A DNA stretch of 29,668 bases from an uncultured virus (IMG/VR IMGVR_UViG_3300010348_000552) (lineage: Duplodnaviria; Heunggongvirae; Uroviricota; Caudoviricetes), in IMG/VR virus record IMGVR_UViG_3300010348_000552. The stretch is one strand, 5' to 3'. The translations under genes and the position numbers were made by a program. This document shows, one piece after another, positions 17,308 to 25,487 of the stretch; the stretch's first letter is position 1, and each line of letters opens with the position of its first letter. The notes beneath the pieces were generated by a model. It searched no databases and had not been told where the DNA came from. It saw nothing but the letters and a program-made list of their open reading frames with translations.

Positions 17308-19386
17308 TTAGTCTTCGACGTTGTTGTTCCGATTGGTCTGGCCGTGTACTATCGCGTCCCATGCCGCCCACGTCAGGGCCGGTTCCGCATAGCGGCACGG
17401 CTTGTTCAGAATCGCCACCAACTTGTCTTTCTGCTCCTCGAACGGAGCCAGCGGCCACCGCTTCAACGCCGACACCTTCGCGTTCATCGCCTCCACATCG
17501 CCCGGCATCCCGTACAGCCGCACCGCGTTCAACTTCGCCTCGAACCACGTCAGGCTGAACTTCGGCACCTCGACTATCGGAGCCGTCGCCTGCTCGGCCA
17601 TGTACTCCTGCACCCACTCGGCCAGCGTCCCACTCTCGTCTTCTTCCAGCAGGTCAGGGCCAAACTCATCCCAGGCCGTCGTGTAGCGGACGCCACCATT
17701 CTCCGAGACCGGGTACTTCGTGCAGAGGGCGGCGAGTATTTGGTGCTTGATCGAGTAGAGACTGCCGAGTTTGTAGTCCTCAAAGCCAAGGTAGTAGGTC
17801 AACGCCTCAGCCACGACCGGCCCCGACACGTACTGCTGGTGGTTCTGCAACCCGTCCATGACGATGATGCTGGGAAACTGTTCGGGGAAGCGGCTGTTGA
17901 AGGGGTGGGCTTTCAGGTAGGCCATGTACATGCAGATGTCCCACGCAATCCTCTGGTCTACGAACCCCACGGCGGCTTCGTTCCACGCCTGAATCGAAAA
18001 CAGTAAGTCTAAGCCACCACGGCAGACAAACTCGCTAAGTGTAGCCGACATACTATACTGCACGAACAATCTTACCCACAAAGTAGGCTGACAGTCAACC
18101 GGCAAAACTGCTCCGCAAAAGTCCACCAACTTCTCAGCCATGTCGCAGTCGGGGTTTTCCACACTGGGGAGGGTGGACCGAATGCGGCGGATCGTCTCGT
18201 CCAACAGGGGGTCGAGAATGGCCCCACCCAAACCCAGGCACTCCTTCAGTTGGGTGAGGAGTTGCTGGCAGATCGCCTTCTGCCGCCCGTACATCCGGCC
18301 CGATAGCAGCCGGTGGGCCTCGTCAGTCTCCTCGTCAATGGCCGCCAACCGCCGCCTCGTGTCCATAATCTTCTCCTGACCACGCTCATAGTTCTTCGGG
18401 TAGTACAGCAACTGGCGTGAGATTTCCCACTCTAGCCGCTTCCTCAAGACCAAACCCCATATCATCAACTTCTTTGCTGCCTTTGACGTGTCAGGGGTAA
18501 GGGGACTAAGGCTAAAGGCAGTTACGTTAGTAACTGACTTTAGCTGTGTATGGTGTTCACGACTAGGGGGGTGTATAGGGGGGATGAGATTTGATTTTGG
18601 CGTTTGTTCGGCCTGACAATGGCTGAAGGGGGCCAAAAAAGAAGCAGCGGCGTCGGCATCAGCGAGAAAAAGACCCTGGCTGGAGTGCGTGACGAGGCCC
18701 GCCGCCTTCATGTTGCGGAGGGTGGAGTAGTAGGTCCACTTCTTCATGCCGAGGCGAGTGAAGATGGCCGTTGGCCCCAGGAAGAGGGCACCGCCGTTCT
18801 GCACCAGTAGGTCGAGAATCTGGTGTTTGGCTCCATATTTGGGTAGTTTTGGTGCCGGTGCGGGCTTGGGCTTTAGGGCGCGGCGGCTGTAGCCGGAAAC
18901 GTACTTGTAATAGTGATTCCGGTGCCTGGCAGTGGCCGTGACCTGCTTCCCTTGTAGCCACTCCCGAGCGGCTTCATCGTCCAGCAGGTAGATCACGGTC
19001 GGGTGGCGTTGGGTGTTGTACTCGACGTTGATCAGTTCGGGCAGTGACCAGACGGCCCGGCGTACTGTATTGAAGGTAACGCCGATCTCCTTGCAGACAG
19101 CGGCTCGGTGGGCCTTGTCCCACTCGATGCAGCAGTCGTGGTCAAGCAGATACTGGACCAGCCGGGCCGCACAGGTGGACTTGGCCTCGACCCGGTTGCC
19201 GTCCTGGTCACACCGCTTGATCTTCCCTTGGGCCACGAGGGCATGGAGGCCGACACTGACTTCACGCGGGGTGACGTGGAGGTTCTTGGCGATACGAGAG
19301 ACGTTGAAGGGGTAGGGCTTACGCCAGCGGTGGGTTTTGTGGTAGACGATGGAGAGGAGTTTTTGGTTGAGGGTTAGTTCCGGCAT
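17308..19386 (-). CDS. Large multi-HTH DNA-binding protein, possible replication initiator
   Basis: Three wHTH-like segments in the N-terminal ~250 aa (VSRIAKNLHVTPREVS; CKEIGVTFNTVRRAV; FTRLGMKKWTYYSTLRNMKAAGLV), then a Pro-rich linker. Lies upstream of primase-helicase. Confidence 0.55.
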   Translation of the reverse strand: MPELTLNQKLLSIVYHKTHRWRKPYPFNVSRIAKNLHVTPREVSVGLHALVAQGKIKRCDQDGNRVEAKSTCAARLVQYLLDHDCCIEWDKAHRAAVCKEIGVTFNTVRRAVWSLPELINVEYNTQRHPTVIYLLDDEAAREWLQGKQVTATARHRNHYYKYVSGYSRRALKPKPAPAPKLPKYGAKHQILDLLVQNGGALFLGPTAIFTRLGMKKWTYYSTLRNMKAAGLVTHSSQGLFLADADAAASFLAPFSHCQAEQTPKSNLIPPIHPPSREHHTQLKSVTNVTAFSLSPLTPDTSKAAKKLMIWGLVLRKRLEWEISRQLLYYPKNYERGQEKIMDTRRRLAAIDEETDEAHRLLSGRMYGRQKAICQQLLTQLKECLGLGGAILDPLLDETIRRIRSTLPSVENPDCDMAEKLVDFCGAVLPVDCQPTLWVRLFVQYSMSATLSEFVCRGGLDLLFSIQAWNEAAVGFVDQRIAWDICMYMAYLKAHPFNSRFPEQFPSIIVMDGLQNHQQYVSGPVVAEALTYYLGFEDYKLGSLYSIKHQILAALCTKYPVSENGGVRYTTAWDEFGPDLLEEDESGTLAEWVQEYMAEQATAPIVEVPKFSLTWFEAKLNAVRLYGMPGDVEAMNAKVSALKRWPLAPFEEQKDKLVAILNKPCRYAEPALTWAAWDAIVHGQTNRNNNVED

Positions 19387-19404
19387 AGTAGACTCGTATC
19401 ATGA

Positions 19405-19449
19405 TGGCGGGACGTGGCTGCCCGAGTCAAAAACAACCACGTCCCACCA
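19405..19449. promoter_or_regulatory. Imperfect inverted repeat in the leader of the 692-aa gene
   Basis: TGGCGGGACGTGGCTG ... CAACCACGTCCCACCA; the arms pair with G-U wobbles on the - (sense) strand. Confidence 0.5.
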
Positions 19450-19481
19450 AATCTAGCCGGTGATCAACCGACTGCATACTA

Positions 19482-19510
19482 ACCCTACACACTACTTAGT
19501 GCGCTGTCAA
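19482..19510 (-). promoter_or_regulatory. Candidate sigma70 promoter
   Basis: TTGACA, N17, TAGGGT on the - strand; the -10 box is weak. Confidence 0.4.
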
Positions 19511-20102
19511 GTGGCCCAACACACTTTTTCTGCCCGAAACGCGGCCTCACTTCCACCTGTTGTTCCCTTAGCCACAGGTACACGGTACGGTTCGCCACGC
19601 CGAAAGCTTCGGCCAGAGCCTTGCCACTCTCACCGGACTGGTAGCGGTCCACGATTTCCCCGATGATGTGGCGGTGCTTCGGCAGGCGCGGTCTCGCGGC
19701 CCGGTGCCGAACGCAGTGGGTGGCTCCCGCCGTGATCGGCTTACCGCAGACTTGGCAGGTCCCGCTCTTTCTCGCTGTCGCTATCCGTTCGTTGGCGAGA
19801 CGCTTCCGACAGTCGGGGCAGTGTTCCGACTTCCCAACGTAGGCGGTCCCGCACTCGCAGACCCGTGCCCTCGTTGCTGGTTCGCTCCCGGCGTGTGTCA
19901 CGATCTGCCTAATCCGTTCGCGGCTTAGGTCATACTGCCGGGCCAAGTCGGCTTGAGCAACACCTGAACCGTAGCGGCTGACGATCTCCTCGCGTTGGGA
20001 CACGGAGGTTTTGGAACTGGGATTGTCGTAGGGGCCGACCTGACGCCCGAAGCACTTCCGGCAGCGTTTCGAGGCGGTCCTAGGCTTGGGCTGGCCGCAC
20101 AC
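19485..20102 (-). CDS. HTH plus multiple CxxC Zn-finger protein; probably the 3' part of a gene frameshifted at 20129-20133
   Basis: QADLARQYDLSRERIRQIV and GKALAEAFGVANRTVYLWL HTHs; several CxxC pairs. The first CxxC (CTVC) begins upstream of the annotated GTG. Confidence 0.65.
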   Translation of the reverse strand: MCGQPKPRTASKRCRKCFGRQVGPYDNPSSKTSVSQREEIVSRYGSGVAQADLARQYDLSRERIRQIVTHAGSEPATRARVCECGTAYVGKSEHCPDCRKRLANERIATARKSGTCQVCGKPITAGATHCVRHRAARPRLPKHRHIIGEIVDRYQSGESGKALAEAFGVANRTVYLWLREQQVEVRPRFGQKKCVGPLDSALSSV

Positions 20103-20602
20103 TGTACAGGTGTCGTACCTAATTTCCGCCCCCGGTGGTACTTTGTGTCGAGATACCAGCCGAGGTTCAGGCCGTTACGGTAGGCATGTAGCAGCCACGC
20201 CTTTCCGGCCTCGCAGTCGAGAAAGTCGGGGAGTTTTTCGTATGCCTCATCGTGGAAACGCCACCAGGGCACCCATGAGTAGTCAGTATGAAGCCGTGCC
20301 AGGGCCAGATCACGTCCCACGGGCTTGCCGTTGGCCGTGCCTTCACGTTGGTACATATCCTTGAGGGAACAGAACGCGGCCCCGACTTTGTAGTAACCGC
20401 CTACCCTGACGAAGGCCAAGGTGATCCCGCCGGTTGGCAGCAGTCGCTGGGTCGCATAGTCCCACCGACGCAGGTGCAGGAACTCAACATGTTCCTCCTC
20501 CACTTGTGGTGTGTCAGAAGGAACGGTCGCGGTCGTGGCCTGCTTGCCCTTGAACGCCTTCTGCTTCTTCTTCGCTTCACGCTTCGGTAGCATCCCGAAC
20601 AT
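19925..20602 (-). CDS. Hypothetical phage protein
   Basis: AGGAG RBS; GGITLAF...GAAFCSLKDMY...GRDLALARL core. The last ~60 aa overlap the next ORF and look non-coding. Confidence 0.6.
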   Translation of the reverse strand: MFGMLPKREAKKKQKAFKGKQATTATVPSDTPQVEEEHVEFLHLRRWDYATQRLLPTGGITLAFVRVGGYYKVGAAFCSLKDMYQREGTANGKPVGRDLALARLHTDYSWVPWWRFHDEAYEKLPDFLDCEAGKAWLLHAYRNGLNLGWYLDTKYHRGRKLGTTPVQCAASPSLGPPRNAAGSASGVRSAPTTIPVPKPPCPNARRSSAATVQVLLKPTWPGSMT

Positions 20603-20611
20603 TGTGGTCTC

Positions 20612-22087
20612 CTATGCCAGTGATGGTTGTTTGAGGCTAAAGTATCGTGTCGTCTGTCCCACGTCTCGATACGCCTGAAGCCGGGCCTGACTATGCTGGT
20701 AGAAGGTGGGCCTGCCACCCGTGCCCCGGTCGTCGTCCTCGAAGTCGTAGACTATCACCACGTCCTTTCCAGGGCTGGGTCGCAGGCCTCGCCCCAACCG
20801 CTGTCGCTGCCTACCGGAGTAGGCTCCCCCACCGGCCATCACTACCACGTCCACGGCGGGGGCGTCGAAACCCACGTCCACGACGGGCGAACCCAGTAGC
20901 ACCCCACCCGACCGCCCATTGTACTCAGCCACTTTCGCCTCGGTCTTCTTGGGGGTGTCCTTGCCACTCAGGTAGATCGTATCCGGTGGCAGATAGGGGA
21001 GCAGGATGTCGGCGTGGTCTGTCCATGACACAATGACCAGCACCTTCTCGCCCTGTTCGTAGTGGAACTGTACGATGTCCACGATGTCTAGGTTGCGGCC
21101 CAGGTTTTCGACAATGCCTTGCCGGTAACGGTCGGCAAAGCAAATCTCCTTCCACTCGCCGTCTTCATCCTGGTAGCGGCGGTCATAGGCCACCTTAGTT
21201 GTCACCACACGGATGTCGGTGGGACACAGGAAGCCTTGGTCTTGCAGCTCCTCCGTCCCGATCTTCGCAATCACGTTGCCTGCCATGCCCCGTAGCAGGT
21301 TGCACTCTAGGTCGGTAGCCCGAAACGGGGTCGCGGAAAACCCGAACCGATAGTAGGCCGGGCAGGCTTCGACGATCTTCTGCCAACTCTCCGCCGCCGA
21401 CTGGTGGAACTCGTCGAGGATGAGCAGTTGCTTGTCCATGAGGTGTTCGAGCCGAGGCTTCCCGTCTTCGTCCAAAAGCGACTTGGCAATGCTAATGCTT
21501 ACGGGGCCGTTGTCACGCTGTCCTGACGCCACCTGGGCCAACTGGCAGTCGGTGTGGTCCTTGAACTCGGACCAAAACTGCTGGAAGACCACCTTCGTCG
21601 GGGTGATGATCAGCGTCGGCACGCCCAACTCACAAACGAGAGCGGCAGCCATCGCGGTCTTTCCGGCCCCGGTCGCCGCCTCCACTACTCCGTACTGGTT
21701 ACTCAACAGGGCTTCGAGGGCGTCCTGCTGGTATGGCCGCAGGGTGCGGTCGTAGTGCCAGTCATGTTGACGGGAGGGGGCTGGTGGCCGAAAGTCACCC
21801 ACCTGATATGCCACTTGGTACTCGTCGAACAGGGCCAGCAGGTTAGGCAGGAAGCCAATCGGCAAGGTGTGGTTCTGGTAGAGACACTTGCTGCCCTGGT
21901 CCCGGCAGACGTAGCACCACTTCATCGGCTTAGGGTGGACCTTCTCCCGGTGCCGCCTGAGCATGTAGGCGGCTTTAGGGTCCTCCCAGGTGAAAGCGGC
22001 CCGCACGTACTCCTCAGCTATCGGGTCGAGATTACGGAGGAGGATGTGAGTGTTGTGGACTTCGACTTGACACGGTATCGTAGTCAT
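20612..22087 (-). CDS. Superfamily 2 DEAD/DEAH-box helicase (UvsW/XPB-like)
   Basis: LRPYQ, AATGAGKT, DEFH, SAT, GFDAP, QRLGRGLR. Confidence 0.92.
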   Translation of the reverse strand: MTTIPCQVEVHNTHILLRNLDPIAEEYVRAAFTWEDPKAAYMLRRHREKVHPKPMKWCYVCRDQGSKCLYQNHTLPIGFLPNLLALFDEYQVAYQVGDFRPPAPSRQHDWHYDRTLRPYQQDALEALLSNQYGVVEAATGAGKTAMAAALVCELGVPTLIITPTKVVFQQFWSEFKDHTDCQLAQVASGQRDNGPVSISIAKSLLDEDGKPRLEHLMDKQLLILDEFHQSAAESWQKIVEACPAYYRFGFSATPFRATDLECNLLRGMAGNVIAKIGTEELQDQGFLCPTDIRVVTTKVAYDRRYQDEDGEWKEICFADRYRQGIVENLGRNLDIVDIVQFHYEQGEKVLVIVSWTDHADILLPYLPPDTIYLSGKDTPKKTEAKVAEYNGRSGGVLLGSPVVDVGFDAPAVDVVVMAGGGAYSGRQRQRLGRGLRPSPGKDVVIVYDFEDDDRGTGGRPTFYQHSQARLQAYRDVGQTTRYFSLKQPSLA

Positions 22088-22114
22088 TGTCTAAAGCACT
22101 TTCGTTGCAAGTAG

Positions 22115-22402
22115 TCAACGGGTCGGGGTGTCAACCCGTAGCGGCTTCTGCCAACCCGTGACATTCCGGCTGCGGGAATGGCACAGGCTCATAATCGTCA
22201 ACTGGTCCTGGGCGGGATCGTAGGCCACCACAAAGTACACCCCTGACAAGACCACCCCGTAGACGCCCTCCCCGTCATTGAAGACCGAGTAGTCAACGTG
22301 GTCAGACCAATACTGCTTGATCTTCGCCTCGGTCCAGCAGAACCGTTCATTGGCTCGAATCATGGCGTGATGCGTGACGTTGACTACCATTGGTATACTC
22401 AT
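22115..22402 (-). CDS. Small hypothetical protein, possible RelE/BrnT-like fold
   Basis: VNVTHHAMIRANERF N-terminal motif followed by beta-rich C-terminus; GAGGA RBS. Confidence 0.45.
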   Translation of the reverse strand: MSIPMVVNVTHHAMIRANERFCWTEAKIKQYWSDHVDYSVFNDGEGVYGVVLSGVYFVVAYDPAQDQLTIMSLCHSRSRNVTGWQKPLRVDTPTR

Positions 22403-22778
22403 CCTCTAGGTAGGAGTGTTCGCGTTCCCGTGTTTCGGCGTAGGCGGAGCGGGCATTGGCGTAGTGTTCCTTAAGACGCTGGCGTTCCCGTTCCGTCAAC
22501 GTGCCTTGCTCGGCGGCAATTGAGCAAGTCGAACAGAAGGTAGTTGAGGTGGTCTTCTTCCCACAGCGCTTGCAACTGAGTATCGGGTGCTTCTCGATGA
22601 GCGGCGTCATGGAACTGCGTAGAGCCGAACTGGAAAGGTTTATCCCACACCGATGAAACATAGCTGTGACCTGCGGATAACCGTAGTACAGGCACAGGCG
22701 GTAGACGTATACCCGTAGCGGCATGGCGGGCCCATTGGCAAACGTCTTGCTAGCCGGAGCGTCCCAATCGAGTCGCAT
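22347..22778 (-). CDS. Hypothetical Zn-finger protein
   Basis: CKRCG...FCSTC; AAGGGG RBS. Confidence 0.55.
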   Translation of the reverse strand: MRLDWDAPASKTFANGPAMPLRVYVYRLCLYYGYPQVTAMFHRCGINLSSSALRSSMTPLIEKHPILSCKRCGKKTTSTTFCSTCSIAAEQGTLTERERQRLKEHYANARSAYAETREREHSYLEDEYTNGSQRHASRHDSSQ

Positions 22779-22807
22779 AACTACCCCTTATGCAGTGTTG
22801 ATGTGCG

Positions 22808-23338
22808 CTACTGAACTACGGCAAACGGCACCTGTCGGACAGTCCCCGGCCCGGTCCAACAATCACCGGGACAGTCGGGCACCCACACATCAATCACATG
22901 AGCTTCGCCTTTACGGAGGTACTTCGAGGGGGCGGACTCGACTGCTTCACCCCGGTCACAGACTTTGAGCAAACCGTCAGTCTGGGTCCAGATGATACTG
23001 TGCATGGGGATGGACTTGGGGGCGGCACAGACACCACGGCGGACCCGGCTCCCGTCCGCACAATGCGTACCGCTGCATTGGGGGCAGTAGTTCGTCCGCT
23101 TCACTCGGCCCGCTACCGTCAGGTCTTGGTCCAGCACCTTTTTGTAGAGGGCGAGTTTCCAGCTTGGTAGCGGGCCATAGACGCCCGAGACGGCTTTGGA
23201 GGCACAGCGTTGCAAGGGGTCGGCCAGCGTGGTATACTGGTAAACGCCGACCTTCCCGGTTGGCTTGTTGGTCTCGGGGCTGCTCGTGCCTCCTGCCAGA
23301 GACACCACGAGCAGCCCTGCCATGATTTTTAGATACAC
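22808..23338 (-). CDS. Secreted 3D-domain (lytic transglycosylase-like) protein
   Basis: N-terminal hydrophobic signal; TNYCPQC...CADGSRVRRGVCAAPKSIPMHS...VCDRG...IDVWV pattern; GGGAGG RBS. Confidence 0.7.
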   Translation of the reverse strand: MYLKIMAGLLVVSLAGGTSSPETNKPTGKVGVYQYTTLADPLQRCASKAVSGVYGPLPSWKLALYKKVLDQDLTVAGRVKRTNYCPQCSGTHCADGSRVRRGVCAAPKSIPMHSIIWTQTDGLLKVCDRGEAVESAPSKYLRKGEAHVIDVWVPDCPGDCWTGPGTVRQVPFAVVQ

Positions 23339-23362
23339 GGTTACCCTCCCTTAGGGCGTAGT

Positions 23363-23568
23363 TCAGTTGTTTCTCGCAAACTTGAGTGCGGCCCCTTTGG
23401 CTCCGCTGTAGGTTTTAGTAGTTCCCATTGCGGCTAACCTGCCGGTGTTTGCCACAGCAGCAATCCACTGATAGTCAATGACACTACCGTACCGTTCGTA
23501 CACCAGCAGCATATAGCCATTGGCAAACGCCGCCTCGTCTGGCCCGTACCACGTTACCTTGGGGGCAT
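23363..23568 (-). pseudogene. Small ORF frameshifted in a 5-nt homopolymer immediately after its ATG
   Basis: GAGGTG RBS, ATG 23568, C5 run, then an open frame KVTWYGPDEAAFANGYMLLVYER...KFARNN* one base out of register (206 nt total). Confidence 0.5.
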
Positions 23569-23577
23569 CGCGTCACC

Positions 23578-24312
23578 TCAATACGAGAGCTGGACTTCGG
23601 CCCACAGTTTGCCCGGCCCCCACTTGAACGACTGGACCTTAACGCCAACGGCAGCGGCCAGCTGACGGATCGGTGCCCGTCGGAAACGACCGTCGAAGGT
23701 CTCGCCGGGCACGTCCTCTGGCACCTTACTACCCCACCAGTTACTGAAGGCGTCTACTTCACATGTCACTGTCTCCCCGTCCATCCAAGCATAGCAGTTG
23801 ATCTGCTGCCCACCTGGTGCCAAGACGCGGGTGGGGTAGTCTGGAAGCCACTCGGCGTACTGCTTGCGGAGTTCGGCTTGTACTTTGTGGTCTGGGACAA
23901 TCCCCGTGAGCGGCCAGTGGCCTACAAGGCCATTTCTCGGCGGCGACTTGAGGAAGTCTACGATCTGAAGACGGGGGCCATTCAGTAGATGTGGCTTCCC
24001 GTCGTCGGCGTTGATGCCAATATGGATAGCATGGATGTGCGGGGAGCCACTCCAGCCGTTCTCGCCGTGGTTGCGTGCAAATGCGACCACCCCGGCTTCC
24101 CATAGGCGGTGCATGAAGGCTGTGGTGGCAAGGTCTGATGTGAGGTCGAAGCAGTGGGAGAACTTCCTCCCGTGGTACTCCCCCACCGGAGCGTGGTAGC
24201 CAGCCGATGCGGCGGCGTTCCCATACCCCTGCGTTACCTGACTGGATTTCACACCGAGGTTACGCAGCATCTCCTCCGTCAGCGGGTGCAACGACTTGAA
24301 GCCTGACGCCAT
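23578..24312 (-). CDS. Endolysin-like Zn peptidase (M15/LAS-type) with C-terminal cell-envelope domain
   Basis: VTQGYG..AASAGYH...CFDL...GVVAFAR...SPHIHAI (H..D..HxH), resembling phage lysin peptidase domains; C-terminal APIRQLAAAVGVKV..KW resembles copper-amine-oxidase-N-like domains. Confidence 0.65.
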   Translation of the reverse strand: MASGFKSLHPLTEEMLRNLGVKSSQVTQGYGNAAASAGYHAPVGEYHGRKFSHCFDLTSDLATTAFMHRLWEAGVVAFARNHGENGWSGSPHIHAIHIGINADDGKPHLLNGPRLQIVDFLKSPPRNGLVGHWPLTGIVPDHKVQAELRKQYAEWLPDYPTRVLAPGGQQINCYAWMDGETVTCEVDAFSNWWGSKVPEDVPGETFDGRFRRAPIRQLAAAVGVKVQSFKWGPGKLWAEVQLSY

Positions 24313-24345
24313 ATCAATCACCCCTTGTTAGTACGGACACCAACT

Positions 24346-24374
24346 ATGATAGCACAAACCCTACTAAGCGTCAA
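24346..24374 (-). promoter_or_regulatory. Sigma70-type promoter heading the - strand phage arm
   Basis: TTGACG, N17, TG-n-TATCAT. Confidence 0.7.
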
Positions 24375-24446
24375 CACTATCTTTCCGCAACGCCAACTCC
24401 TTGATCGCGAGTCGGTTCTCGTAGTTCGGCTCGATGGTCCTCCCGG

Positions 24447-25208
24447 TTAGCTTGTTGGTCTTCTCGTGATACCAGTTCTGAACGGTGGTAAAGTAACGTA
24501 TTGAGCGGTGAGCCAGGTGTCGCGTTGAGTGTTGCGTGAGCGCTTGGGGCGGTGGCTCTCGGGGAAGACAGCCTCATACTCCGCGCGGAGGCGCTCGGAG
24601 ATCTCGTCTGGATCGCTGAAACGGCTGAGCAAGGCGAGGATAACGCGGTCTCCGCCCAGGAAAGGGAGGGGGAAGACGGAGCCGACGAACCACGGCGGAA
24701 GCGCCCTGGGCGGGCGTAGATCACCCTCGATGGCGTAGTCTGTGAACAAGTTGATGAGCGTTTCGGCAATCAGTCGGTTGACCCCACTGCGGTCCAGGAG
24801 AGTGACTACCGCGTCGATGGTGATCTCCAGGTTGCGCCGTTCCTTGGGAGTGGGCGGGTGGTCTGCCGTGTCGGCGAGGAAGAAGTCGAGGGCCTCTTGT
24901 CGAAGGTCAGCGAGGCGAAAGGAATACCGGAGGATAGCAGTCTCCCACGATGAGATCGGCCAGTCGTGTTGAGCGGCGAGGGTAGTTAGCCTCTGACTGA
25001 TTGCAGTCCGGTCCTTGCGGCGGTTGGCGCGAACGTCTGCACGGTCAAGGGGAGTTTCCAGGCCAAACTCGTCGCGGACCTGGTCGATGAGCGCGAGGAC
25101 AGCCGGGTCCTGCAGGATAGCCATGCCGATAACCTGCAGCCAGTGTCGGTTCGCTGGCTTTCTCTGTGCCGGGCTATCAGAAGCTGGTCTTCTGGGGGTC
25201 ATTTCCAT
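24447..25208 (-). CDS. Hypothetical protein (start uncertain, 25208 or 25124; 3' end possibly degraded)
   Basis: Protein-like helical sequence from MAILQDPAVL; no motif recognised. Confidence 0.5.
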   Translation of the reverse strand: MEMTPRRPASDSPAQRKPANRHWLQVIGMAILQDPAVLALIDQVRDEFGLETPLDRADVRANRRKDRTAISQRLTTLAAQHDWPISSWETAILRYSFRLADLRQEALDFFLADTADHPPTPKERRNLEITIDAVVTLLDRSGVNRLIAETLINLFTDYAIEGDLRPPRALPPWFVGSVFPLPFLGGDRVILALLSRFSDPDEISERLRAEYEAVFPESHRPKRSRNTQRDTWLTAQYVTLPPFRTGITRRPTS

Positions 25209-25252
25209 TGTCGCGAGAGGAAGCGAGAAGCCAGTCTTCTGCGATGGGACTT

Positions 25253-25280
25253 TTGACAATCGCGAAGGTGTTGGTATAAT
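25253..25280 (+). promoter_or_regulatory. Consensus sigma70 promoter with no downstream + strand CDS
   Basis: TTGACA (25253-25258), N16, TATAAT (25275-25280). Confidence 0.7.
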
Positions 25281-25288
25281 GAACCGAT

Positions 25289-25372
25289 AGCAGGTATGCG
25301 TGGGATGCATCACAGGTCGTCTGCGAGGACGGCAGCCCCTGGTGGGTGGGCTCCTGTGACCCAGGACCTGCT
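25289..25372 (+). ncRNA. Candidate structured ncRNA (three-way junction with GNRA tetraloop)
   Basis: Nested stems AGCAGGT/ACCTGCT, TGGG/CCCA, TCACAGG/CCTGTGA enclose TCGTCT-GCGA-GGACGG and AGCCC/GGGCT hairpins; begins 9 nt after the -10 box. Confidence 0.55.
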
Positions 25373-25449
25373 TCCAACTGGTCAGCAAAGTTAACAGGGT
25401 TTCACGAGTAGGCGCAACGCACTTCGGTTGGCGTGTTTAGCGCGTCCAC

Positions 25450-25479
25450 TTGACATTAGCCTAACCATACAGTTACACT
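25450..25479 (+). promoter_or_regulatory. Sigma70-type promoter facing the DUF3800 3' end
   Basis: TTGACA, N18, TACACT. Confidence 0.6.
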
Positions 25480-25487
25480 GTCAGCAA

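Noticed and set aside
5820..24300. Numerous + strand ORFs of 60-250 aa across the - strand arm
   Set aside because: They are antisense to motif-bearing genes, lack recognisable motifs, and are expected in GC-rich DNA.
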